From Patescibacteria group bacterium (GTDB lineage: Bacteria > Patescibacteriota > Minisyncoccia > UBA6257 > UBA9933), in contig JBBTPY010000003.1 of assembly GCA_038065955.1 (NCBI GenBank), positions 39,624-103,623 of the forward strand: a stretch of DNA of 64,000 bases, given 5' to 3'. Shown one piece after another: positions 40,509 to 50,165 of the stretch. The notes under the pieces were generated by a model. That model was not told the origin of the DNA, ran no database searches, and saw nothing but the letters and a program-made list of their open reading frames with translations. Within the stretch, counting starts at the first letter, position 1, and each line of letters begins with the position of its first letter. Made by a program: the position numbers and the translations under genes.

Positions 40509-43500
40509 ATGTCTAAGGCTTTCAGAAAATTTCTGAAATTTTTCGCGATATTTTCATTAATCGCGGTTTTGGGGTTTTCCGATATTATTTCTTTTTTGCC
40601 GCAGATTTTGCAAAACAACAAATTGGCGGAAAATTTGGAAGTTAAAGAGGCGCAAGCGGCGGCGTCAATCCGCGCCACAGGAACATATGTGAACGGCACG
40701 GCCAACTTAACGCCCGTTATTCCGGCTGGCGCGGTTGCGGGCGACATGATGCTACTCGCATACGGCACAAAGCCGTATAACGACGCACCGACAATAACCG
40801 CAGGGTGGACAAGCATCGGCTCCGCCACAGACGGCACAGTGGCCGCGGGTACTGATGTCGGGTCAATGCAGACAAGAATTTATTATAAAGAACACGACGG
40901 TTCTGAAACTAATCCTACTGTTACTAATACCACTAATAACGTATCCGGCGCCGTCATCATCGTATTTCAAAAAGGAGCGACTGAAACATGGGCAACTCCT
41001 GTTGGCGCGGGCGGTGGAGACAATTCAGCAGGCACGGGGTTTTCTGTCACTGCGGCTTCTGACCCCGGGATAACTATTGGCGATATGATCGTCGGTTATG
41101 CGGCTATTAGGTCAGACGCGGGCACGCAAACGGGCATTGGCATAACAGCCACAGGAGCTACAATTGGAGCTTTTACAGAAAGTCCTGCGGCTGATTTGGC
41201 TACTACTGCCGGTGGAGATATGGCGATGTCTGGAGGGTACAGTTTGGTGACAGCCGGCACAGCTTCAGCCGCGCCGGTTTACGCTTCTACTTTGGCGGCT
41301 TCGCATACTGGCTCGGCTTTTATCGTTAGATTACGACCAATTCCGAATGCTTCACCTACTTTGACTGTCACTCAGCCGGACGGCACGGGCGATACAGTAA
41401 CTGCCGGTGATTTATACAATATTACCTATGATTTAGCAGATACCGATAATGTTGTCACTGCCGCGATGTATTACGACACTGATGCAACCGGTTTGAATGG
41501 CACGGCGATTACCGGCGCTTGCGCCACGGCGGCCGAAGGAACGGGCGCGACTTGTTCTTGGGACACGACCGGCATGACGCCTAACAGTTATTATGTTTAC
41601 GGCACAAGCACTGACGGCATTAATCCACAAGTCAGCGATTATTCGTCGGGAGTGATTACGATAAACGCGCCAGCCAATAATTTAACCATCGGCGTTACCG
41701 CCGGTTCAAAAACAACAACTGTCAATTCCGGAGACATCTCGGTTTATGCCAATGACATTTCTTGTTCCGCGTCCTCAACTTGCGCGGCGCTGACTTTAAA
41801 TGTTTCCAATACTTCGGTAACGGTTTCTTCCATAAAAATAACGGAAATCGGAACGGCGAATGCCACTGCTGATTTGTCGCAACTGGCGCTTTTCTACGAC
41901 ACTGACGGCAATTATTCCAATGGCGTAACCGGCCAATACGGCGCCACGGTGGCGAGTTTTACATCCGAGGCCGCGACTGTAAGCGGTTCTTTGGCTTTGA
42001 CTGCGGCAACCACTTATTATTTTTACGCCCGTTTCAACGCCTCCAGCACCGCGCCCAGTTATCCCAAAGGCGGGCAGACCGTTGATTTTCAGATTGCCGC
42101 CAACGCCGACGTAACTTTATCAAGCGGCACAGCGACCATTTCCGGCGCGCCGGTTTCTCTGGCCGGCACGACCGCAATTTTACCAAGATTAACTTCTGTT
42201 ACTTATGGCACTGGATTAAGCGACGGAGCGCGGAGCAGCGAAGCAATTACTATTTCCGGTTATGGGTTTGGAGTGGTTCCCGGAGGTTCGCGGGCGAATT
42301 GCGCCGGAGCTGTTGACACCGGTTGCGTGAGGTTTATTGTCGGTGGCAATGATACGGTAGCAGACGCGAGTGTGACTGCGTGGTCTAATACTTCCATTGG
42401 CTGGACGGTTTCCTCAACTTTGGCGACTTTGGGCGGCGCTTCTTCTTTGGAAGTGGTTTCCGGAAGCCAGGGCACGGGAACTGACACGACTTATTATATT
42501 TATCCACGAGTAAATGGTATGACAACTTGTTCAGCCGGCGGCGACCGAGACAATGCCTGCGGCACCAACCAGTCGCAGGAATACGCGGCCGCGGATACTT
42601 TTGGTTTGATTAGATTAAACGGTGATCATTTCGGCGCTTCAGCCGGAACGATTACTTTTACCGGCGGCATTACTTTTACGATTCATAATACTGCCGAGGG
42701 AGCTTGCGCTGTTGCTGGTTGGGCAACGGATGGCACAAGCGTTTGCGCGGAGGTCAGTACTGCTATTGCCAGTTCAACTAATAGCGGAACAATTACCCTT
42801 AACAGAACCGATTCAAAAACAGACACTATTGCCTTAGAACTTTTGCCGCGTATCACTTCAGCGACGCCGACGAGCGGAGTAGTTGGAGACGTAATTACCA
42901 TAGACGGCGACCATTTTTGTCAGTCAGCCGGCGGTTGTCCGGCTTCGCCGCCAACAACTGATTATAAAGTTTTATTCGGCAACACCGAAGCGATTGCCGC
43001 TGATTTCACAGCTACCGGCAATTGCGCGGCTCAAGGAATTTCTTGGTCTGATAGCAGAATTTGCGTTAAGGTTCCTTCGGGCACGCCAGTTGGAACGCAA
43101 AAAATTAAAGTTGTTAAAAAGGCAACCCCTAATCAAGAATCGGAAAGAGAGAATTTTACCGTAAATTCAACCGTGCCGAATACTCCGACTAATCTTGAGC
43201 AGAAAAAAACGGACATTATCACCGCAATAGACGTTAATACCGGCACAAATCAAAGTTCGGTTGTTTTTGAGGGCGATATTTCCGCCGGCGTTTCCGTTAC
43301 AATGTGGCTGGAAGTTGAAGTTAGGGCCACCAGCACGGCGTTTGACGGAACGGTGACGGCTTCCAGTTCAGCTTTTACAGGCGCGAGTTTTGCCAATGTT
43401 ACCAGCACGGTTTCCGGATTGACTAACGGCGCGGAATATCATTGGCGGGCCAGAACAAAAAACAGCGTCGGCGAATCCTCGGCCTGGACGGCGTTCGGCA

Positions 43501-44324
43501 ATAATCCTTCGGGCGACGGAACCGGCGACGGCTCGCCGGCCAACAGAGATTTTTACATTGACACTTCGGCGCCGACGATTTCAATAGGCACGCCGCCTTC
43601 TTCGTGCACCGCCCACAGCGCCGTAACCGACCAAACCGCCACAATCAGCTGGACGGCCGGCGGAGAAATTTTAAATACCGCTTTAACGACGAACCAAACG
43701 CGTTATGGAACGGATTCAACATTAGTAAGCGGCAACACGGTTTCCGCCAGCGCCGGTTTAAGCCCGAGCGCGAATTTAACCGGTTTAAACGCCGGCACTC
43801 CTTATTATTATTGGGTAAAATCAACCGACGCGGTCGGCAATTTCACTCAAAATCCGTCAGGTTCGCCGTTTTGTTCTTTTACCACTTCGGCGGCGGTAAC
43901 CAGAATAATGAAATCCGTTGATTATTTTATTGTTCAACGCGACCAGATTACGGATACCCAAACAAGCTCTTCAACATTTACGCTTTATATCGCGGAAACT
44001 TCGTCAACGCTCAAGAACGCTTATGTTGAAATTGACGGGGTGATTATCGGCACCGGCGGAAGCGTTCCCACGTTTCAAGTCGGAGTCAACGGCCAAACTT
44101 CCTTGACCGTTGATTTGCCGAATACGACTTCGCCCCAGCCGTTTAAGATTCATTATAATCTTCCCTCTTTAACTTTAAATTGTTCTTCGCCGGTTGAAAG
44201 TCAAAACGGCATTTGCGCCAACGGAACCGGCGCCAATAAAATACTGTTTACTTTCGGAGGAGGATTTTCCAAAGCTTCGCTTGTTAACGCTAAAATGGTT
44301 ATCACTTATTTTTACACGCCGTAA
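40509..44324 (+). CDS. Large secreted T/S/G/A-rich surface protein with IPT/TIG- and FN3-like domains
   Basis: N-terminal hydrophobic anchor; PRITSATPTSGVVGDVITIDGDHF (IPT); GLTNGAEYHWRAR and GLNAGTPYYYWVKS (FN3); paired Cys. Confidence 0.8.
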   Translation: MSKAFRKFLKFFAIFSLIAVLGFSDIISFLPQILQNNKLAENLEVKEAQAAASIRATGTYVNGTANLTPVIPAGAVAGDMMLLAYGTKPYNDAPTITAGWTSIGSATDGTVAAGTDVGSMQTRIYYKEHDGSETNPTVTNTTNNVSGAVIIVFQKGATETWATPVGAGGGDNSAGTGFSVTAASDPGITIGDMIVGYAAIRSDAGTQTGIGITATGATIGAFTESPAADLATTAGGDMAMSGGYSLVTAGTASAAPVYASTLAASHTGSAFIVRLRPIPNASPTLTVTQPDGTGDTVTAGDLYNITYDLADTDNVVTAAMYYDTDATGLNGTAITGACATAAEGTGATCSWDTTGMTPNSYYVYGTSTDGINPQVSDYSSGVITINAPANNLTIGVTAGSKTTTVNSGDISVYANDISCSASSTCAALTLNVSNTSVTVSSIKITEIGTANATADLSQLALFYDTDGNYSNGVTGQYGATVASFTSEAATVSGSLALTAATTYYFYARFNASSTAPSYPKGGQTVDFQIAANADVTLSSGTATISGAPVSLAGTTAILPRLTSVTYGTGLSDGARSSEAITISGYGFGVVPGGSRANCAGAVDTGCVRFIVGGNDTVADASVTAWSNTSIGWTVSSTLATLGGASSLEVVSGSQGTGTDTTYYIYPRVNGMTTCSAGGDRDNACGTNQSQEYAAADTFGLIRLNGDHFGASAGTITFTGGITFTIHNTAEGACAVAGWATDGTSVCAEVSTAIASSTNSGTITLNRTDSKTDTIALELLPRITSATPTSGVVGDVITIDGDHFCQSAGGCPASPPTTDYKVLFGNTEAIAADFTATGNCAAQGISWSDSRICVKVPSGTPVGTQKIKVVKKATPNQESERENFTVNSTVPNTPTNLEQKKTDIITAIDVNTGTNQSSVVFEGDISAGVSVTMWLEVEVRATSTAFDGTVTASSSAFTGASFANVTSTVSGLTNGAEYHWRARTKNSVGESSAWTAFGNNPSGDGTGDGSPANRDFYIDTSAPTISIGTPPSSCTAHSAVTDQTATISWTAGGEILNTALTTNQTRYGTDSTLVSGNTVSASAGLSPSANLTGLNAGTPYYYWVKSTDAVGNFTQNPSGSPFCSFTTSAAVTRIMKSVDYFIVQRDQITDTQTSSSTFTLYIAETSSTLKNAYVEIDGVIIGTGGSVPTFQVGVNGQTSLTVDLPNTTSPQPFKIHYNLPSLTLNCSSPVESQNGICANGTGANKILFTFGGGFSKASLVNAKMVITYFYTP

Positions 44325-44334
44325 TACGGGTAAA

Positions 44335-44877
44335 ATGATTGAGCAAAATCAAAAAAAATTAATAAAATGGCTGAGCGGCGTTGTTATCGCGGCCGCGGTT
44401 TTAAGCGTTTTAATTTTTACCGGCGTTTTGAATCCCGCGAAAATAAAAAAACTTTTCATGATCGAGCCGGACAGCCATTTGATGACTAACCGCAACGCTT
44501 ATGATATCGCTTTACTCGAAGCACAGAAATGGCAGCCGGATGCCAAACTGGCATTTATGGATTCTGGTTCAATTAGCGAAAGGGGTCGTTCCAATACGTG
44601 GAAAGCTATTTTTATCTCTTCAAAAGTTAAAGCAAAAGGATTTTCAATTGAAATTGAAGATTATAAAATAATTTTATTGGCTGAAATTATTTATAACGGT
44701 GTCGGCGCCGATTTTCCAACTAATATTATTTCTTCCGAAGACGCTATCAAGATGGTTCGCGCGACTAAAGGATATGAAGATGCGGAAATTTATGGAGCGG
44801 AAGTAATTTATATGGGTAATTTATGGTATTGGGGTGTAAAAACTTCCAAAGGAGTGGTAAGTGTGAAAGGAAAATAG
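44335..44877 (+). CDS. Membrane-anchored hypothetical protein (PepSY-like repeats possible)
   Basis: single TM; A..EAQKWQPDA and ISSEDAIK motifs; ATG at 44335. Confidence 0.6.
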   Translation: MIEQNQKKLIKWLSGVVIAAAVLSVLIFTGVLNPAKIKKLFMIEPDSHLMTNRNAYDIALLEAQKWQPDAKLAFMDSGSISERGRSNTWKAIFISSKVKAKGFSIEIEDYKIILLAEIIYNGVGADFPTNIISSEDAIKMVRATKGYEDAEIYGAEVIYMGNLWYWGVKTSKGVVSVKGK

Positions 44878-44911
44878 TTTTATAATATACAATTTCACGT
44901 AATCAAGGGTT

Positions 44912-46192
44912 ATGAAAATGAAAATCGGGATATTTTTAATTTTTGCCGCTGTTTGCGGTTTTGCCGCGTTTTTATTTTTAGGCGGCGCGTTTTTTTCTCG
45001 GGTTGAACCGGTTGAAGCGGCGGAAGAAATGAAAACGCTTTCTTTTTTTGTCGGTCAGCAAACCAGCGCCGCTTCATCAGTCAGCTGGCCTTTCACTTTT
45101 TACGTCGGCGACGATATTTCCACTTCCACCAAAAGCGCGTTTTTTGAAATCAGCGGCATCAGTCCGTCAACGGCGAATTTAATTGCCACAACCACTTTAA
45201 GCGGCGGCAGCGGCAGTTGTTCCCTAAACAGAACTTTAGACAATAACGGCCGTTTAAATAAATTTAAAATTGTTTATGATGCCACGAATTGTATTGACGT
45301 TTCGGCAAAAGGCGAATATTCCAGAACTTTAAACGTTGTTTTTAACAATCCGGTTGACGCTCTTTCGGCGAAATTCGCCATTACTTACCGTTTTACCGCG
45401 CCGACCAGCAACGGTTCAACCGCCATAAAAACAATTTCTTATTCCGCCAATGAGGGAACCGCCAGTTCTTCCGTCCCGGCCGGCCAAAATATTGTTTTAA
45501 ATTTCAGCCCTTACATCGGCGATGAAATTTCCACTTCCACTAAAAGCGCGTTTTTTGAAATCAGCGGCGTCAGTTTGGCCGCCGGCGCTTCGGCGATTGA
45601 TTTATCTTTAGGCGGCGGCAGCGGCAGTTGTTCCGTAAATCGGACGCTGGATACGACCGGATTTATCAATAAATTTCACATTTTGTACAACGTCAACGAT
45701 TGTATTAATATTTTTTCAAAAGGGGAATACAGCCGTTCTTTGACGATTAACGCCAGCGGCGCGGCGGTTTACATTTATTCGGCGAAATTGGTTTTAACTT
45801 ATCAATTCACGCCGCCTTCGGCCGGCGGCTACTGGGCAACCGGCACTTTTTATTCGCCGATTTTTGACACGGGCGCCATCAACGGCGCGTCTTATAATTG
45901 GATTATGTGGAAAGGGACGCTTAACGGCGGGAACGGGAAAATAAGATTACAACTGGCGACTTCCAATTCTTCCGGAGGGCCGTGGACTTATATCGGAGAA
46001 ACGCCGGGTTGTGATTCTTCGGTTTATTTTGAACCGCTTACGGACATTTCCAAGGAAATAAAATGTTTTTCAAGCCATAATAATAAAAGATATTTCCGTT
46101 ATAAATTGATTATTTGCTCTTCCAGCGATTGTTCAGCGGCTGGAACTAATACGCCGCAAGTGAACGACATGATTGTGAATTGGAGCCCATAA
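44912..46192 (+). CDS. Secreted beta-rich protein with an internal duplicated domain
   Basis: signal peptide; D(D/E)ISTSTKSAFFEISG twice; C-terminal KRYFRYK...IVNWSP. Confidence 0.75.
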   Translation: MKMKIGIFLIFAAVCGFAAFLFLGGAFFSRVEPVEAAEEMKTLSFFVGQQTSAASSVSWPFTFYVGDDISTSTKSAFFEISGISPSTANLIATTTLSGGSGSCSLNRTLDNNGRLNKFKIVYDATNCIDVSAKGEYSRTLNVVFNNPVDALSAKFAITYRFTAPTSNGSTAIKTISYSANEGTASSSVPAGQNIVLNFSPYIGDEISTSTKSAFFEISGVSLAAGASAIDLSLGGGSGSCSVNRTLDTTGFINKFHILYNVNDCINIFSKGEYSRSLTINASGAAVYIYSAKLVLTYQFTPPSAGGYWATGTFYSPIFDTGAINGASYNWIMWKGTLNGGNGKIRLQLATSNSSGGPWTYIGETPGCDSSVYFEPLTDISKEIKCFSSHNNKRYFRYKLIICSSSDCSAAGTNTPQVNDMIVNWSP

Positions 46193-46193
46193 A

Positions 46194-46554
46194 CGACAAC
46201 TGACATATGACATTTGACAATTGACAGATTGATAACAAATGACAACTGACATATGAACAATTTTAATAAAATATTTAGATTTCGGGAATTTCAAGTTTAT
46301 AAAGATTCAAGGAAATTCAGCAATGAATTAAAGAATTTTTCCAAAAAAAAATTTCCAAGTGAAGAGAGGTTTTGTCTTTTATCTCAATTTTGGCGAGCGC
46401 TTGATTCTATAATTTTAAATATCGCCGAAGGAACCGACATTATTATCCCGTCAATTAACGGCTTTTAGAAAAAAATTATTAAATGAACAAAATAAATAAA
46501 AGTAAAAGGTCAGATGTCAGATGTCAGATGTCAGATGTCAATTGTCAGATGTCT
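46194..46554. mobile_element. Inverted 7-mer arrays enclosing a four-helix-bundle gene remnant
   Basis: left arm TGACANN x~8 (46194-46253); right arm NNTGTCA x~8 (46499-46554). Confidence 0.6.
46253..46500 (+). pseudogene. Four-helix-bundle (23S rRNA IVP-like) protein, internally deleted
   Basis: FREFQVY...FPSEERFCLLSQFWRALDSIILNIAEG, then out-of-frame terminal helix LLSRQLTAFRKKLLNEQNK*. Confidence 0.8.
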
Positions 46555-47040
46555 GGCTTTTCCCTGTTGGAACTCATTATCTACATCGCCATTTTTGGGA
46601 CTGTGGTTTTGGCGACGACGAGCGTTTTGGTGACGGTTTTTGAAGGACGCGATTCAACGAATTCGCGCTATGAAGTTTTACAAAATATCCGTTTCTCTTC
46701 GGAAAAAATCAGGCAATTGGTTTATGACGCTTCGTCTTTTGCTGTTTCCGGCGCCTGTCCGTTTAATATTTTGGAAACGACAATCGGTTCGGCGACAACG
46801 AGCGTGGCCATTAATAGCGGTATTTTAACGCTTACTTCCGGCGGAAGCAGTACGCCGCTTATCGCCGAAAGCGTAACCGCCACCAGCACTTCCGGCAATT
46901 GTTTGTTCGCGAAAATTTCCAATCCCGCTCCAGCCAAATCCACGCTTCAAATGCGGTTCACAATCAGTTATAATGATAACGGAAACCAGCAATTGAAATT
47001 TTCCGATGAAATCAAAACGACAATCAGCCAGAGACAATGA
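46483..47040 (+). CDS. Type IV minor prepilin (PilW/GspJ-like)
   Basis: G|FSLLELIIYIAIF class III signal. Confidence 0.85.
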   Translation: MNKINKSKRSDVRCQMSDVNCQMSGFSLLELIIYIAIFGTVVLATTSVLVTVFEGRDSTNSRYEVLQNIRFSSEKIRQLVYDASSFAVSGACPFNILETTIGSATTSVAINSGILTLTSGGSSTPLIAESVTATSTSGNCLFAKISNPAPAKSTLQMRFTISYNDNGNQQLKFSDEIKTTISQRQ

Positions 47041-47117
47041 AACAACTGACAACTGACATCTGACCGCTTAAATGTCATATGTCATATGTTAAATCACATG
47101 TTAAATGTCAAATATCA
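47032..47117. repeat. Inverted 7-mer arrays with a 3-nt spacer
   Basis: tgacaac tgacatc tgaccgc / aatgtca tatgtca tatgtta ... aatgtca aatatca. Confidence 0.8.
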
Positions 47118-47499
47118 AAAGGGCGTAATCGCTTTGCCTTCAATAATAATGATTTCATTTTTGGTTTTAATCGCCGGCATCGGCATCGCTTCCAGCGGAT
47201 TTTTTGAAAATATGATGAGTTACGGCGACGTTAATTCCAAAAAAGCCCTTGTTTACGCCGAAGCCGGCGCCGAAGACGCGTTTGAACGGCTGGTAAAAAA
47301 CAAAAATTGCTCCTGCTCTTCTTATTCTTTAAGTTTCAGCGACGGTTCCGCCGCGATTGCGGTTTCCGGCGGAGCGAGCAGTAAAACCGTCGTTTCCGAA
47401 GGGACGGTAAACGGCAAAAAAAGAAAGGTTCAGGTGACGGTTTCTTTTGATGCCAATGATGAAGCGACGCAAACCGGCTGGCAGGAGATTGTTGATTAA
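47086..47499 (+). CDS. PilX/GspK-like minor prepilin
   Basis: QKG|VIALPSII without E5; A..YAEAGAEDA; C-terminal WQEI. Confidence 0.75.
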   Translation: MLNHMLNVKYQKGVIALPSIIMISFLVLIAGIGIASSGFFENMMSYGDVNSKKALVYAEAGAEDAFERLVKNKNCSCSSYSLSFSDGSAAIAVSGGASSKTVVSEGTVNGKKRKVQVTVSFDANDEATQTGWQEIVD

Positions 47500-47505
47500 A
47501 TTAAT

Positions 47506-49011
47506 ATGTTAAATACTTTTAAAAAATTGTTAAACCGTTTTAAGAATATTGATTTAAGCGGCTTATTGCATCACGAGGAAAAAATTGGCGGCTTGGCAAT
47601 TGACGAAAACGGCGTTTTTTTAACTTATCTTGTCAAAAATAAAGACGGGAAAGAAGAGGAAATATTTAAAAAAGAAATTTCTTTGCCTATCGGAACGATT
47701 GAAAATGGGATTTTGAAAAATCCGGAAGCGTTTTTGGCCGGGCTTAAGGAACTGCAAAAAAATAAACCGCCTTCAAAATCAATTATCGTTTCTTTGCCTT
47801 CGGCGAGCGTCCAGCCGTTTATTTTTGAATTTTTTCCTAATTTAAAACAAGAAGAAATCAATAACGCCGTTTCTTTGATAATTAATTCTTCTTTGCCTTT
47901 GCCGCCGGAAAAAATTTACGCCGATTGGGAAGAAATTAAAGACGAAAACCTTCAAAAGAAAAAAGTTTTATTGGGAATGGGGTTAAAAGAATTGATTGTT
48001 CCGTATTTGGAAGTCATTAAAAAAGCCGATTTCGCGCCGGTGGCTTTAGAAACCCACGGTTGGAGTTTGGGACGGCTGCTTGATAAAAATGAACAATCAA
48101 TGGCGCTTAATTTTGAATCCGGCGGCGCGGTTTTCAGCGTTTTTTCCGGCGGTTCGCCGGTTTTTCAATTTTATTTGCCGGATGCGGATAAAAATTTTCT
48201 GGAAAAAGCCGCCGTTTTCGCCGAGCGGATTATGTATTTTTTGGCTTCCGACAATGAATACGGCTTTAAAATTAAAAATTTTCTGCTTTTAGGAGCCAAT
48301 GAAATACAAAATGAATTTAAAAACATATTTCAAAAACGTTTGTCGTTGAAATTCAATAAAGAAGAAATGGCGTTTAGCGGCGGCGAATCGCCGAAAGCGC
48401 GAATTTTTTCCGCCGGCGCCGCCAAAAGGGGACTTTTGCCCAGATACCAGGACGCCATTTGCAGTTTAATGCCTATCGGCACGGAATCGGCTTACGAACG
48501 CCAGCGTTTTGTTTCGTTTCTTGATTTTTTTCAAAAATTCGCCATTGCTTTCGGAGGATTTTTTATTATTTTGTTTTTAGGAACTTTCCTTTTAATCAAT
48601 GTTGTTTCCCGCAATGCCGCCAAATCTTTAATTGAAGAACAGACGATTGTTTTGCCGGAATTGGCGGTCATTAAAGAAACCGCCGCGCTTTTTAACGAAA
48701 AAATGGAACAATTTTCGGCGATTGCCGCCAAATCTCCAAAATGGGAAAATTTATTCAACGAAATTGATAAACTGAACAATCCCGGGATGATAATCGGCAA
48801 TTTATCCGTTGCCGTCGCTCAACCGGTAACAATCAGCGGCGCGGCGCGGGACAGAGACAGCCTGCTTCAATTAAAATCAACTTTGGAAAATTCACCGGTT
48901 TTTACCGCGCCGCCTTTGCCGCTTTCCGCTTTAATCGACAAGGAAAATATCGCCTTTTCGTTTAATTTGGGGTTAAAAGACGGTGGATTATTGATATATA
49001 ATAGAGATTAG
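47506..49011 (+). CDS. PilM-PilN fusion-like pilus assembly protein
   Basis: IGGLAID, LPIGTIENG, PLPPEKIYADW (PilM-like), then a TM and VTISGAARDR (PilN-like). Confidence 0.7.
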   Translation: MLNTFKKLLNRFKNIDLSGLLHHEEKIGGLAIDENGVFLTYLVKNKDGKEEEIFKKEISLPIGTIENGILKNPEAFLAGLKELQKNKPPSKSIIVSLPSASVQPFIFEFFPNLKQEEINNAVSLIINSSLPLPPEKIYADWEEIKDENLQKKKVLLGMGLKELIVPYLEVIKKADFAPVALETHGWSLGRLLDKNEQSMALNFESGGAVFSVFSGGSPVFQFYLPDADKNFLEKAAVFAERIMYFLASDNEYGFKIKNFLLLGANEIQNEFKNIFQKRLSLKFNKEEMAFSGGESPKARIFSAGAAKRGLLPRYQDAICSLMPIGTESAYERQRFVSFLDFFQKFAIAFGGFFIILFLGTFLLINVVSRNAAKSLIEEQTIVLPELAVIKETAALFNEKMEQFSAIAAKSPKWENLFNEIDKLNNPGMIIGNLSVAVAQPVTISGAARDRDSLLQLKSTLENSPVFTAPPLPLSALIDKENIAFSFNLGLKDGGLLIYNRD

Positions 49012-49023
49012 AGTTTAAAATTT

Positions 49024-49563
49024 ATGGACGACAAGATTATTTTTAGAAAAAAAATTATCAAATCGCTGATTATTACGGCGGCGATTTTAGCGTTGGAAGT
49101 CGGTATTTTAATTTTTGTTATAGACGTTATTTCCAAAAAAACGGCGGAAATAAAAGAAAGAAAAATACTGGCGATTTCTTTTGAGCGGGAAGCGGCCGAT
49201 TTTGAAGATTTGAAAAAAGATTATGAAAAAATCAAGCCGTATCTGGGAACGATTGACAGCGCCATACCCAATGAAGAAAATTTATTCAGAATACTTGAAG
49301 CGATTGAAAACGTCGGATTAAAATCGGGTATTCGGATTTCTTTGAGATTGGAAAGCCAGTCAGCCTTGCCGAGCGAAATCAGCGGCGTCAATTACGTGCC
49401 TTTTTCCGCTTCTTTTGAGGCCAATTATGATATTTTGCGGAATTATTTAAAAGCGCTTAATGATTCGCCGATTTTTGTAAGTGTTGATTCCGTCAGTATC
49501 GGCGGCGGTTCAATTTTCAATAACAGCGCGATTAGATTAAGCGGTAAAATTTACACAAAATAA
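49024..49563 (+). CDS. PilO-like pilus assembly protein
   Basis: TM, coiled coil, AIPNE, Y..LRNYLKAL; follows PilMN. Confidence 0.65.
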   Translation: MDDKIIFRKKIIKSLIITAAILALEVGILIFVIDVISKKTAEIKERKILAISFEREAADFEDLKKDYEKIKPYLGTIDSAIPNEENLFRILEAIENVGLKSGIRISLRLESQSALPSEISGVNYVPFSASFEANYDILRNYLKALNDSPIFVSVDSVSIGGGSIFNNSAIRLSGKIYTK

Positions 49564-50156
49564 TGATGGAGAAAATTTTGAAATATTTTAAATCAAAACC
49601 GGCGCAAAGTTTTTTTTACGCGGCCATTTTGATTATTTTTTCCGTTACGGCCGTTATTTTATTCGTTTGGTCGTTAATTTTTATTGTTAGACTGATTAAT
49701 TCAATTGTTATTACCGAAGATGAAGAATTACCGGTTTTGGCGTTTAATTTTACAGACTCCATCGTTTTATCGCGAAAATTGGGCATTATTTTTCCGGCGG
49801 AAATTTTAAATTCAACGGAAATTTTGAAAGAAACGGTTTCTTCAACTTCTTCGGCGGAAATCGTTCCGACGCTTTCTGAAATTTCCGTTCAAGTTTTGAA
49901 TGGCACCGACACAAAAGGATTGGCGAAATCCTGGGGAGAAAAATTTAAAGCAGCCGGTTTTTTGAAAATAGAAACCGGAAACGCCGACAAAAAAAATGAA
50001 CAGGGAATACAAATCGGCTATAAGCCGTCAAAAAAAGAAGCGCTGGATTCGGTTAAAAACGTTTTAATTTCCAATAATATTGAAGCGTCTTCAATAGCGG
50101 AAAAAGAGAGCGCGGAAAGTGAAAATTTTGACTTTACGATTATAATCGGAAAATAA
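49563..50156 (+). CDS. LytR C-terminal domain membrane protein
   Basis: VQVLNGT..KGLA, GF...TGNAD, DFTIIIGK. Confidence 0.8.
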   Translation: MMEKILKYFKSKPAQSFFYAAILIIFSVTAVILFVWSLIFIVRLINSIVITEDEELPVLAFNFTDSIVLSRKLGIIFPAEILNSTEILKETVSSTSSAEIVPTLSEISVQVLNGTDTKGLAKSWGEKFKAAGFLKIETGNADKKNEQGIQIGYKPSKKEALDSVKNVLISNNIEASSIAEKESAESENFDFTIIIGK

Positions 50157-50165
50157 TCCGCGTGA

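Noticed and set aside
46253-46468. Four-helix-bundle gene as the DGR accessory Avd for the 28.5 kb variable region
   Set aside because: It is truncated, 18 kb away, has the IVP-type NIAEG motif, and no RT or template repeat is adjacent.
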